Assembly (NCBI GenBank): GCA_016840855.1 | Contig: JAEORO010000069.1 | Coordinates: 32,001-96,000 of the forward strand | Direction: 5' to 3' | Length of the DNA stretch: 64,000 nucleotides | From: Candidatus Thorarchaeota archaeon | GTDB lineage: Archaea > Asgardarchaeota > Thorarchaeia > Thorarchaeales > Thorarchaeaceae | Shown: positions 40,415 to 48,848 of the stretch, one piece after another | Numbering within the stretch: the first letter of the stretch is position 1 | Layout: every line of letters begins with the position of its first letter | The notes under the pieces: generated by a model | Databases searched by the model: none | What the model was told of the DNA's origin: nothing | What the model saw: only the letters and a program-made list of their open reading frames with translations | Made by a program: the position numbers and the translations under genes

Positions 40415-41176
40415 TTATCCTACTTTTTGTCCACATGAGTTGCAGAATCTTGCACCTTGCGGATAAGGTGTCCCACAGTTCATGCAGAATCCAGCTTGAG
40501 AGCCAGCAGGTACACCTGCACCTCTTACTGTCACAGAATCTGGCTGACCATCACCATCTCGATCGGTATATTGAATAGTCATGGAACCATGACCTCCGCC
40601 TTCATGTGCATGTGCACCTCCGGAGCCACCTTCGATTACGCCTCCGCAATTGGGGCAGCTTGGAACGTTTCCAGCATTTGTTCCGCAATACGGACATTTG
40701 CCTTGATTCTGTGCAGATGAAACATTAGCAATTATTGAGGGAATTACTTTCTTTTGTTTGAAATGGAATTCCATCGCACCTCCAGACTTGAGTTCTACAA
40801 TAAGCCTCTCGCCGCTTTGAGTGGCTTGACTAATGGCGATTAGAGGTAGAGCCAAACTCTCGGTGTTGCCATTTTGATCCTTGTTATAGTAACTCTCAGC
40901 AGTCCAAGAAGATATAGCGGTCCCAACAGCAGCATAAGTGATGCCCCTTGCTAGTGATCGTGTGACATGACGGCCAATGCCACCCATTTGTCTTCCTGCA
41001 CCTTCAAGCAGAGCTGCTCCAGCGACTGCGCCAGCAAGAGCGCCCCACTTTTTCAATCCGCTTTTTTTGGAAGGTTTCTTATACCAAACTAGACGGACGT
41101 CGGTAAGCTCTAGTGAGCCATCCTCTCCATCAAACTTCACATCTTTTTCGCGGACCATCTTTCTCTCGTAACTCAT
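40415..41176 (-). CDS. PH-like beta domain with a glycine-zipper insert and two zinc ribbons
   Basis: G.L.LTD.RLVW, GALAGAVAGAA, CPYCG..CPNCG and CMNCG..FCNSCG; start placed at MSYERK. Confidence 0.7.
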   Translation of the reverse strand: MSYERKMVREKDVKFDGEDGSLELTDVRLVWYKKPSKKSGLKKWGALAGAVAGAALLEGAGRQMGGIGRHVTRSLARGITYAAVGTAISSWTAESYYNKDQNGNTESLALPLIAISQATQSGERLIVELKSGGAMEFHFKQKKVIPSIIANVSSAQNQGKCPYCGTNAGNVPSCPNCGGVIEGGSGGAHAHEGGGHGSMTIQYTDRDGDGQPDSVTVRGAGVPAGSQAGFCMNCGTPYPQGARFCNSCGQKVG

Positions 41177-41333
41177 AGTACTTAGACCTGAGTCAGAATA
41201 AGAAACGGTTAGAAATTGCGGTCTATCAGACAATAGTATGCACCGATTGGAAATCAACGAGAGTAAGTATTAACTTTGTGCTGGCAGATAAAATGAAAGG
41301 GAGGCTACAAGAAATGCAGCCTCTTAGCTGAAT

Positions 41334-42842
41334 CTAATCTTCAAGGAGTATTCCTTCAGAGAGCTCCTCTAATCCACCAGCCTCTGGTTCTATCGGAGGC
41401 GATATAGCATCACCATTCGCCCAGGTTTCACCATCCGGTTCAGGAGGATCATGTCTAAAGCCATGGACTATTAACACGACCCCCGTCAAGGATACGAGAC
41501 CGCATGAAGCAAGTGTCAATGGGAATCCAATGATTGTTATCAACCATCCGAATAGAGCTATCTGAGGTATCGCAAACAAGGTTGCAACGGTTGGGAAGAG
41601 AGAGTACATGGAGTTCCTAATTTTATTCGGAATTACATCCAAAAGCACACGTTGTGTAAGGATCTCAGCAAAACCTCCAAAGAAACTGGTTGAAACAAAT
41701 GTTGTGAATATGAGAGCAATTGGAACAATATTCTCTGCAGGGAGACTCAAGAGTTGTATTTGGGTGAAAGGCCAGTAAAGGGTCCAGAGGCTTGTACTTG
41801 TATCAGTTGGTGGGAATAGTAGCATGATAGCAGCAAAAACCCAGAAGAAGACAAATCCACAGGTTTGCATAAGACGAAACCGTGGAATCCACTTCTTTGG
41901 TTCAAACCTGCGGGACCATATACCTGAGCGCTCTTGGGAGAAGATACCAGGAATAAAAAGTAGAGTCCTGAAACTTGCAACACCGACATCTGTGATCAAA
42001 TATAGGTAGTACATCGGAAATAGAATGAGGTTTCCCCAAACCATAATGCTGCTTACAGCTAACATGCTCCCTACTGCGATGTATCGAATAAATGCATGTC
42101 TGAAGAGATAGCTGACGCCACCTTTGAGTATGGAGAGGTATTCACCCATCTCTGGGCGTTGGCCTTTCTGAGCTCTTTGCTCCTCTACTTCAGGAAAGTC
42201 TCGTACGAGTCTGAAGACAAGCATCGCAAACACAAACGATAGGACACCTTGTAGTTGGAAAACCCAAGCTCTTGAGAATGCAGCAGCCATAATACTCCCT
42301 GGAATCAAAGAAGCTGTAGCTACTATCTGCATTACCATGCCCATGCGTCCCCAGAAAACGCCATACTGCTTTCTATCTGAGTCACCGGGCATAGCGATCC
42401 GATAATTATTGTCGAACCATGCACCCCATGCTCCACTGGATTGAGACTGCGCAAGGCCTTGTAGAGCATAAACCAACACAAGATACACGTAAGGAGTATC
42501 AACAGTCACTATGGAAATCATGAGAAATGAGATTCCATAGGTCACATTTGCACCAGCAATGATGTACCTCTGACCAATCCAATCACCAATAGCTCCAGTT
42601 GGATAGTCCAAGATAATTTGGACAACCATCTGAACCACAACCAAAGTCCCTACCAAGCCGATACCTTGGAGATACATTCCAGGACCGCCGCCAAGTGCCT
42701 CAGCAACAAAAATCACATAGAATGTCGTAGATAGGAAGAAAGTGAGATTAGCCAATGGCCCTAAAATTCCCATAATTTGTGCCAGTTTCACGACCTTGTC
42801 TGTGGCGTCCGGCAAACCAAGAAAGGATTTCATTCTACTCAT
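41334..42842 (-). CDS. MFS transporter
   Basis: About 12 TM segments; motif A-like DYPTGAIGDWIGQR; SGA..AWFDNNY; DVIPNKIRNS.YSL. Confidence 0.88.
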   Translation of the reverse strand: MSRMKSFLGLPDATDKVVKLAQIMGILGPLANLTFFLSTTFYVIFVAEALGGGPGMYLQGIGLVGTLVVVQMVVQIILDYPTGAIGDWIGQRYIIAGANVTYGISFLMISIVTVDTPYVYLVLVYALQGLAQSQSSGAWGAWFDNNYRIAMPGDSDRKQYGVFWGRMGMVMQIVATASLIPGSIMAAAFSRAWVFQLQGVLSFVFAMLVFRLVRDFPEVEEQRAQKGQRPEMGEYLSILKGGVSYLFRHAFIRYIAVGSMLAVSSIMVWGNLILFPMYYLYLITDVGVASFRTLLFIPGIFSQERSGIWSRRFEPKKWIPRFRLMQTCGFVFFWVFAAIMLLFPPTDTSTSLWTLYWPFTQIQLLSLPAENIVPIALIFTTFVSTSFFGGFAEILTQRVLLDVIPNKIRNSMYSLFPTVATLFAIPQIALFGWLITIIGFPLTLASCGLVSLTGVVLIVHGFRHDPPEPDGETWANGDAISPPIEPEAGGLEELSEGILLED

Positions 42843-42848
42843 GAATTT

Positions 42849-42956
42849 TCAGCACCCAATCGTTAGATTGTGATCTTTGTATGAACTTGAAGTTGATACC
42901 CTTCCTAGACTTGCCTGCTTAGTAGCCACATATGCAAGTTCTGGTTCACGTTTCAT
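42849..42956 (-). CDS. Putative 35-aa uORF MKREPELAYVATKQASLGRVSTSSSYKDHNLTIGC
   Basis: Read by hand; preceded by AAAGGAAG; its TGA is in frame, two codons before the MFS ATG. Confidence 0.3.
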   Translation of the reverse strand: MKREPELAYVATKQASLGRVSTSSSYKDHNLTIGC

Positions 42957-42977
42957 GTCTGTCAACTTCCTTTGGAT

Positions 42978-43038
42978 TGCAACGACCCTCGGATCACACA
43001 AACGAGGGCCGCTGCAGAATCTCCACCTTAGGAGATTC
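42978..43038 (-). promoter_or_regulatory. Tandem RNA hairpins upstream of the MFS gene
   Basis: Minus strand GAATCTCC-TAAGGT-GGAGATTC immediately followed by TGCAGCGGCCCTCG-N11-CGAGGGTCGTTGCA (14 bp including two G-U pairs). Confidence 0.55.
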
Positions 43039-43087
43039 GGAGATAGGAGATTTGTTCAGTGTAACTCTAATGTGAAATAGCATTGCT

Positions 43088-43210
43088 TTATTCTGACACG
43101 CTAAAACCGGCGTTACAAAGTGCTCCAAATGACTGAACACAGATCGTCTTATCCTCACTAGCTAAGCACAGCTTCGCTCTTGAGAGGATACCTGGTTGTG
43201 TCATAGTCAT
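43088..43210 (-). CDS. Putative 40-aa micro-ORF MTMTQPGILSRAKLCLASEDKTICVQSFGALCNAGFSVSE
   Basis: Read by hand; lies directly downstream of the second TATA-CCAAAACTG motif. Confidence 0.3.
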   Translation of the reverse strand: MTMTQPGILSRAKLCLASEDKTICVQSFGALCNAGFSVSE

Positions 43211-43371
43211 CACATCGCCAGTTTTGGTTTATACAACCAACCATATTTTGTTAATGGTTTGGATATAAACATTATTCTTAAAGCATTATTTTGTATCCTG
43301 TACTTAAAATTGCAATTATGTTGATATTTCAAACCAATTTTGTGAATATTAGACAGGACACACATGCGTTT

Positions 43372-43440
43372 CTACCTCCTGAAGAAGGCGGTTGTGATTG
43401 CTTGTGTTGTCATAATCTGTTTCTTGTTTCTGTTTGTCAT
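43372..43440 (-). CDS. Micropeptide P4 (22 aa) MTNRNKKQIMTTQAITTAFFRR
   Basis: GGAGGT SD 6 nt upstream; carries the TQAI..AF motif shared with P1 and P3. Confidence 0.65.
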   Translation of the reverse strand: MTNRNKKQIMTTQAITTAFFRR

Positions 43441-43444
43441 TTCG

Positions 43445-43540
43445 TTACCTCCGATAGGTATATGCATGGATGATAGCCTGAGTTCGACACAGACATCTGT
43501 TTGGTAATTTGGATTTGAGATCGTATTCAGATGAAGCCAT
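43445..43540 (-). CDS. Micropeptide P3 (31 aa) MASSEYDLKSKLPNRCLCRTQAIIHAYTYRR
   Basis: GGAG/GTGA upstream; carries TQAI..AY; start context TGTGAAAAATC-ATGGCT nearly matches P1. Confidence 0.65.
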   Translation of the reverse strand: MASSEYDLKSKLPNRCLCRTQAIIHAYTYRR

Positions 43541-43556
43541 GATTTTTCACACTCCA

Positions 43557-43685
43557 TTATAGGTTGGTCACAAGATATGCTATTTCTGAGACTAACTGAC
43601 CAGTTCTATGACCACTATGTGACCAATCACCTTTCATAGATGGATCGGTAGATATCCAGCAGATTTGTTTCTCAATGTGTTCCAT
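43557..43685 (-). CDS. Micropeptide P2 (42 aa) MEHIEKQICWISTDPSMKGDWSHSGHRTGQLVSEIAYLVTNL
   Basis: AGGTGA SD overlapping the P1 stop; fills the gap between P1 and P3; only a partial motif (AYL). Confidence 0.4.
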   Translation of the reverse strand: MEHIEKQICWISTDPSMKGDWSHSGHRTGQLVSEIAYLVTNL

Positions 43686-43690
43686 GCTCA

Positions 43691-43798
43691 TCACCTTACG
43701 ACAGTCAAGTAGGCATATGTCAGAGCCTGGGTTGTAAAAACAGCACCACTTTTGTTCTTCAGCGCAGATATGTTTCGTGAGTTAGTTGTTAGAGCCAT
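43691..43798 (-). CDS. Micropeptide P1 (35 aa) MALTTNSRNISALKNKSGAVFTTQALTYAYLTVVR
   Basis: TATATATA box about 33 nt upstream; carries the TQAL..AY motif. Confidence 0.65.
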   Translation of the reverse strand: MALTTNSRNISALKNKSGAVFTTQALTYAYLTVVR

Positions 43799-43820
43799 GA
43801 TATTTCACAAGAAATACTGC

Positions 43821-43885
43821 TCAGTTTTGGTATATATAGCGGAGCCACGTGAGAGGGTCACGAGAAGGAGTCACAATTTGTGACT
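43821..43885 (-). promoter_or_regulatory. Putative promoter of the micropeptide array: TATA box plus palindromes
   Basis: TATATATA at 43831-43838; CGTGA-N5-TCACG at 43848-43862; AGTCACAA-T-TTGTGACT at 43869-43885. Confidence 0.45.
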
Positions 43886-44054
43886 ATGAATTAATGAAAG
43901 GACAGAGCTAGAAACCATTGTCTTGTATGAGAAAAGAGTATCATATGTTTCAAAAAAACCATTATTCGTAGCAAAACCGACTTGATAGTCAAACATATTT
44001 AGCGGCATTGTCGGACCAAAAACACACCTAGAATCAATCCAGAGGTAGATCATA

Positions 44055-44936
44055 TTGGAGATTAAGAAAATCGCTGTTTTAGGCGCAGGTCTAATGGGAA
44101 ACGGAATTGCTCATGTATGTGCGCAAGCCGGGTATGAGGTCAAGATGCGTGACATAGACCAGAAGTTCATCGACAAGGGATTGTCCACTATCAAGAAGAA
44201 CTTGGAGAGAGGAATTGCGAAAGGAAAAATCACTCAGGACGAAGTTGACACAATTCTCACGAGAATCCATGGAGTCTTAGATCTTGAAGATGCGGTCAAG
44301 GATGCTGATCTTGTTATCGAAGCAGTTCCAGAAATTGTCAGTCTAAAGCTCGACATTTGGAAAGAGGTTGATACATTTGCACCAGAACATGCAATTCTGG
44401 CTTCTAACACATCTAGTATTAGTATCACCCAAATGGCTGCAGTCACAAAAAGACCAGAGAAGTTCATAGGAATGCATTTCTTTAACCCTGTTCCGATCAT
44501 GAATCTTGTAGAGATTATCAAGGGACAAGCCACCAACGATTCAACAGTGCAGATAATTGAGGATGTTTCAAAGAAGATTGGCAAGGAAACAGTACTTGTC
44601 AATGAAGCTCCTGGATTTGCAGTCAATAGACTACTTGTTCCAGCATTGCTTGAGGCTGTATTTGCCATCCAAGAGGGGGTAGCCACCGTTGAAGACATGG
44701 ATAAAGCGATTCATCTTGGGCTGAATTGGCCAATGGGTCCATTAACTCTGCTTGACTTTGTAGGTCTTGATACAACGTTACACATAGCAGATTACTTCTT
44801 TGAAGAGTTTAAGGACAGCAAATATAGGGCACCAACTCTATTGCGAAAAATGGTACGAGCTGGCTGGTTTGGTAGAAAATCAGGCATGGGTTTCTATGAC
44901 TACTCCGGCGAAAAACCCAAACCAAATAGATTCTAA
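44055..44936 (+). CDS. hbd: 3-hydroxybutyryl-CoA dehydrogenase
   Basis: GAGLMG.GIA, EAVPE, SNTSS, GMHFFNP and PMGPL.L.D.VGLD motifs. Confidence 0.93.
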   Translation: MEIKKIAVLGAGLMGNGIAHVCAQAGYEVKMRDIDQKFIDKGLSTIKKNLERGIAKGKITQDEVDTILTRIHGVLDLEDAVKDADLVIEAVPEIVSLKLDIWKEVDTFAPEHAILASNTSSISITQMAAVTKRPEKFIGMHFFNPVPIMNLVEIIKGQATNDSTVQIIEDVSKKIGKETVLVNEAPGFAVNRLLVPALLEAVFAIQEGVATVEDMDKAIHLGLNWPMGPLTLLDFVGLDTTLHIADYFFEEFKDSKYRAPTLLRKMVRAGWFGRKSGMGFYDYSGEKPKPNRF

Positions 44937-44944
44937 TGGAATTT

Positions 44945-44980
44945 TGACTGGTCTATGTTGACCAGTCATTCTATTCTTTT
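44945..44980 (+). terminator. Hairpin plus T-rich tract after hbd
   Basis: TGACTGGTC-TATGTT-GACCAGTCA followed by TTCTATTCTTTT. Confidence 0.55.
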
Positions 44981-45010
44981 ACATGAACAAAATACTTAGC
45001 ACCAATCATT

Positions 45011-45877
45011 TTGGAACAAGCAAGGGTGTTTCTTTTGAAATACAAAGAGAGCAAGTACATTGGATTTGATGGAATTAGGATGTTCTTAGCACTCTGGCGC
45101 CCCGATGATGATAAGCCAAGAGCACTAGTGATTGCACTACATGGATTGGGCAGTCATGCCGGAGATATGAAGAATATTGGGGAATTTCTCTCGGAGAGAG
45201 GAATTGCTGTCTTTGCACCTGATATGCGAGGGTTCGGACATTATTCTGGGACAAAAGGACATGTAATGAGTTTTGAAGAGTATGTAGAGGATATTCAAAA
45301 CTTGGTTATGCAAATAAAAGATCAATATCTGAACAAAATAACATACTTATTTGGCGCATCTTTAGGCGGTGTCAACGCAATAAGGTATGTTTTGAGATAT
45401 CCGAGGGTTGTCGATGGACTTCTTCTCCAATGTCCAGCTGTGAGCCAGAACCTGAAAATTGGGACTGGAAAACGGTTTGCGGGTAATATTCTCTCTCTAT
45501 TGAATGTGAAGAGATATGTGGATATTGGCATAGATTACGCGGATGTTTCCAGGAGTCCTGAAAATATTGAAAGACTTGAAAGAGACCCGCTTCGAGTCGA
45601 CATGGTCACTCCTCGGTTTGGCATTGAAGCACTGAAAGCATCAAAGGATGCGTTCCAAGCAGCCTCCGATATTACAATGCCAGTGATGATTCAGCAAGCG
45701 GGAGCTGATAAATTAGTTATTCCTGAAAAGACTAAGGAATTCTTTGATGCTCTAAGGTCAACCGATAAGACCTGGATGTTCTACGAAGGTCTCTATCACC
45801 AACTTCATGAAGAACCAGAGAAAGAACAAGTACTTGGAGACCTACATAGCTGGTTAGATAAACGCCTTCCAACCTAA
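45011..45877 (+). CDS. Alpha/beta hydrolase (lysophospholipase / monoglyceride lipase)
   Basis: HGLGSH, D.RGFG.S.G..GH, GASLGG nucleophile elbow and YHQLHEE. Confidence 0.88.
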   Translation: MEQARVFLLKYKESKYIGFDGIRMFLALWRPDDDKPRALVIALHGLGSHAGDMKNIGEFLSERGIAVFAPDMRGFGHYSGTKGHVMSFEEYVEDIQNLVMQIKDQYLNKITYLFGASLGGVNAIRYVLRYPRVVDGLLLQCPAVSQNLKIGTGKRFAGNILSLLNVKRYVDIGIDYADVSRSPENIERLERDPLRVDMVTPRFGIEALKASKDAFQAASDITMPVMIQQAGADKLVIPEKTKEFFDALRSTDKTWMFYEGLYHQLHEEPEKEQVLGDLHSWLDKRLPT

Positions 45878-48693
45878 TCTTTTTTTGACTCACGATGGTG
45901 CCCAAAAATTATATGCGGCGGGATTAAAAGCGCGGGGATACAGGTCACAAGAACGATACACCAGTCAATCAGGTTTATTGGTACGGTTTCAAAGAGCATA
46001 GCCAAAGGAGGGAAATAAATTGTTGCGAGAGTCAAAATAATTGACAAGGCAACAGCACCCATTAGCACCTTTGATTTACGCATTTCAGTCCTCCAGACTG
46101 GGTGATACTCATCCCGGCAATTCCATACAAACAGTAGTTCAAAGCACACAACACTAGCAAATACTGCAGATCGCCCATGAGTCAAGACATAAGCCCATGA
46201 AATTCCAGTTATTGGAGATATGTCAGAACTCCATATTACAGAGGGACCAGTAATGCCTGGAATCCAACCCCCATATGCCCATAATGACCAAATGAACACA
46301 CTAATTGATGATATGAATGCAACAGCACCAGCCGTAACAATGAAAGTAATCATACCACGGTCCATCATTTTAGCGCCGGGTTTCCGAGGAGGTCTATCCA
46401 TTACTCCAGATTCGGGAGGATCAACTCCAAGTGCTAGGGCAGGAAAACCATCAGTGGCGAGATTGAGCCAAAGTATCTGTATCGCGGTTATTGGTAGTGG
46501 TAATCCAAGCATCACAACTGTGAATATTAGAAATACTTCATCGAAGTTTGCGGCTAGCAAAAACCGAACGAATTTTCTAATGTTGGAATAAATCTCACGA
46601 CCTTTCTCAACTGCAGAAACAATAGTAGCAAAGTTATCATCTGTGAGGATAACATCCGACGCTTCTTTCGTTACATCAGCTCCTCGGATACCCATTGCGA
46701 TACCAACATCTGCAGTTTTAATTGCAGGCGCATCATTGACACCATCTCCAGTCATTGCAACAACTTGAGAATGTGACTTCAGAGCACCTACAATCTGTAG
46801 TTTATGTTCTGGAGCAACTCGAGCAAATACATTGCAGCGTTGAACTACTTCTTGAAACTTGCTGGGTGCCATCTCATCCAGTTCTGCACCACTGACCACC
46901 TCACCATCGACATCAATCAATCCAACGTCTCTAGCAATCGCTCGTGCAGTGAGCATATGATCGCCAGTAATCATAATTGGTCGAATTCCAGCTATCTTGC
47001 ATATTTCTATAGCATCACGAACTTCTTTTCGAGGTGGATCAATCATCCCAATCAATCCAACAAATATGAGGTTTCGTTCGACTTTTTCTGGTTCCCAATC
47101 AGCTAATTCGGATTCTAATGGACGGTATGCAAACGCTAGAACTCTCAGAGCTGCTTCTGCAAATCCAGCGTTTATGTGGATTATTGATTCTCTCTCTTCG
47201 TCAGATAACTCCCTAATATCATCATTTTCATAAATATGCGTACAGAGTGGAAGAAGAACTTCAGGAGCTCCCTTTGCATTAGCGACGAGGTTTCCATCTT
47301 CATCACGGATGATTGATGTCATTCGCTTTCTTGCAGAATCAAATGAGATTTCTGTTAATTCGGTATTACGGGACAATGTATCAGCATGAGACAGTCCTGC
47401 TTTTTCTGCAAGAACAAGAAGTGCTCCCTCAGTTGGGTCGCCAACAACACTATAATCGGCTTTTCCTGATGGATCTGGTTGTAACACAGAGTTACAACAA
47501 AGCTGCCCAATTTCAAGAAGTCTAACGACATGTGGATCTCCCATCACGCCATAATCTTCACTAGCACGCGTAAATTTTCCAGACTTATTATATCCCACCC
47601 CAGAAACTGAAATAGTCATTCCATTTACGAACATTGTTGTTGCAGTCATTTCGTTCTTTGTGATAGTCCCAGTCTTGTCTGAACAGATTATCGTCGTAGA
47701 ACCCAGCGTTTCCACTGAGGGGAGCCTTCTAACAATAGCATTCCTTGCCACCATTCGTTGTACGCCAATTGCAAGGGTTATTGTAACAACTGCAGGTAGA
47801 CCTTCAGGGATTGCAGAAACAGCAAGCGCAATAGCAGCTAATAATGCTTCCATGATTGTTTCTGCAGCATTCTTTATGACTTCAGCACCAAAGACAATAA
47901 TACAGAGAAATATGATGAGTATTCCAAGTTTCTTACCAAGGTCCTCCAAGTCAATTTGTAGTGGAGTCATGGTTTTTTCGCTACTTTGAACGAGTTCAGC
48001 TATTTTTCCAAACTGCGTTCTCATGCCTGTTGAAACAACTACAGCTTGGCCCTTCCCAGCAGTGATAGTAGTGCCTTGGAAAACCATGTTTTTCATATCG
48101 CCTACAACAGGTTTGCGAAGATGAATCGGATCACTCAGCTTTCGAACAGCAACAGATTCTCCGGTGAGTGGAGCTTCATCAGCCGATAAGCCCACAGCAT
48201 AGATAACTCGTCCATCTGCTGGAATAAGGTCACCAGCTTCAAAACCAAGAAGGTCACCGGGTACAACATCGCGAGCATCGATCTCAGTCCAGAGTCCATC
48301 TCGCATTGCTCGGGCTTTAGGTGCTGCCATCTCCTTTAGCGCTTCAAGCGCTTTTTCAGACTTGTATTCTTGCACAAAACCAAAGATGGCATTGAATACC
48401 ACTATCGCAGAAATGACAAGAGCATCAATCACACCGCCTTCATGGTCAGATGCTCCAGCGGATAAAACAGTGGTAAGAAGTGAGATGACAATTGCAATGA
48501 GGAGGATGATTACCATAGGATCCATAAATTGGTTAAGAAACATACGTAGGGGATTAATTCCCCCAGTTTCAACAAGCTCGTTAGGTCCATATTCCTTTAG
48601 CCTAACCCTTGCCTCTTTATTTGAGAGACCATTAGGTGATGAATCAAGACGTTGTAGTACATGTTCAACGTCGTTACTATACCACTCAGTCAT
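45874..48693 (-). CDS. Cation-transporting P-type ATPase (type IIA, Ca2+-like)
   Basis: TGES, IPEGL, DKTGT, KGAPE, TGD, GDGVNDAP and NLATDG motifs. Confidence 0.95.
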   Translation of the reverse strand: MTEWYSNDVEHVLQRLDSSPNGLSNKEARVRLKEYGPNELVETGGINPLRMFLNQFMDPMVIILLIAIVISLLTTVLSAGASDHEGGVIDALVISAIVVFNAIFGFVQEYKSEKALEALKEMAAPKARAMRDGLWTEIDARDVVPGDLLGFEAGDLIPADGRVIYAVGLSADEAPLTGESVAVRKLSDPIHLRKPVVGDMKNMVFQGTTITAGKGQAVVVSTGMRTQFGKIAELVQSSEKTMTPLQIDLEDLGKKLGILIIFLCIIVFGAEVIKNAAETIMEALLAAIALAVSAIPEGLPAVVTITLAIGVQRMVARNAIVRRLPSVETLGSTTIICSDKTGTITKNEMTATTMFVNGMTISVSGVGYNKSGKFTRASEDYGVMGDPHVVRLLEIGQLCCNSVLQPDPSGKADYSVVGDPTEGALLVLAEKAGLSHADTLSRNTELTEISFDSARKRMTSIIRDEDGNLVANAKGAPEVLLPLCTHIYENDDIRELSDEERESIIHINAGFAEAALRVLAFAYRPLESELADWEPEKVERNLIFVGLIGMIDPPRKEVRDAIEICKIAGIRPIMITGDHMLTARAIARDVGLIDVDGEVVSGAELDEMAPSKFQEVVQRCNVFARVAPEHKLQIVGALKSHSQVVAMTGDGVNDAPAIKTADVGIAMGIRGADVTKEASDVILTDDNFATIVSAVEKGREIYSNIRKFVRFLLAANFDEVFLIFTVVMLGLPLPITAIQILWLNLATDGFPALALGVDPPESGVMDRPPRKPGAKMMDRGMITFIVTAGAVAFISSISVFIWSLWAYGGWIPGITGPSVIWSSDISPITGISWAYVLTHGRSAVFASVVCFELLFVWNCRDEYHPVWRTEMRKSKVLMGAVALSIILTLATIYFPPLAMLFETVPINLIDWCIVLVTCIPALLIPPHIIFGHHRESKKD

Positions 48694-48848
48694 TTTGAAT
48701 ACTCCGAGTGCGAAGAGAATTCTACTCTGAGATGGTTATGAGCGCGGGGCACCTGAACAAAAACCTATCGGAGTTGGTAAAATCACAATTCGAAAATATT
48801 AAAGATAATCTGAGAGCGAAATGTTATTCGAATCAAAAGGTGATCAGT

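Noticed and set aside
43210-43365. 51-aa minus-strand ORF after P4 (MCVLSNIHK...)
   Set aside because: It has an SD but runs through AT-rich promoter-like DNA and lacks the motif; not supportable as a gene, though not excluded.
43364-43507. Plus-strand 47-aa hydrophobic ORF (MRFYLLKKAVVIACVVIICFLFLFVISL...)
   Set aside because: It is antisense to P3/P4, which have SD sites and a shared motif; its hydrophobicity follows from the T-rich complement.
43372-43557. 61-aa ORF-track call MECEKSW...
   Set aside because: Its last 22 codons are P4 with its own SD, and the upstream part overlaps P3 in another frame, so the long call is probably an artefact.
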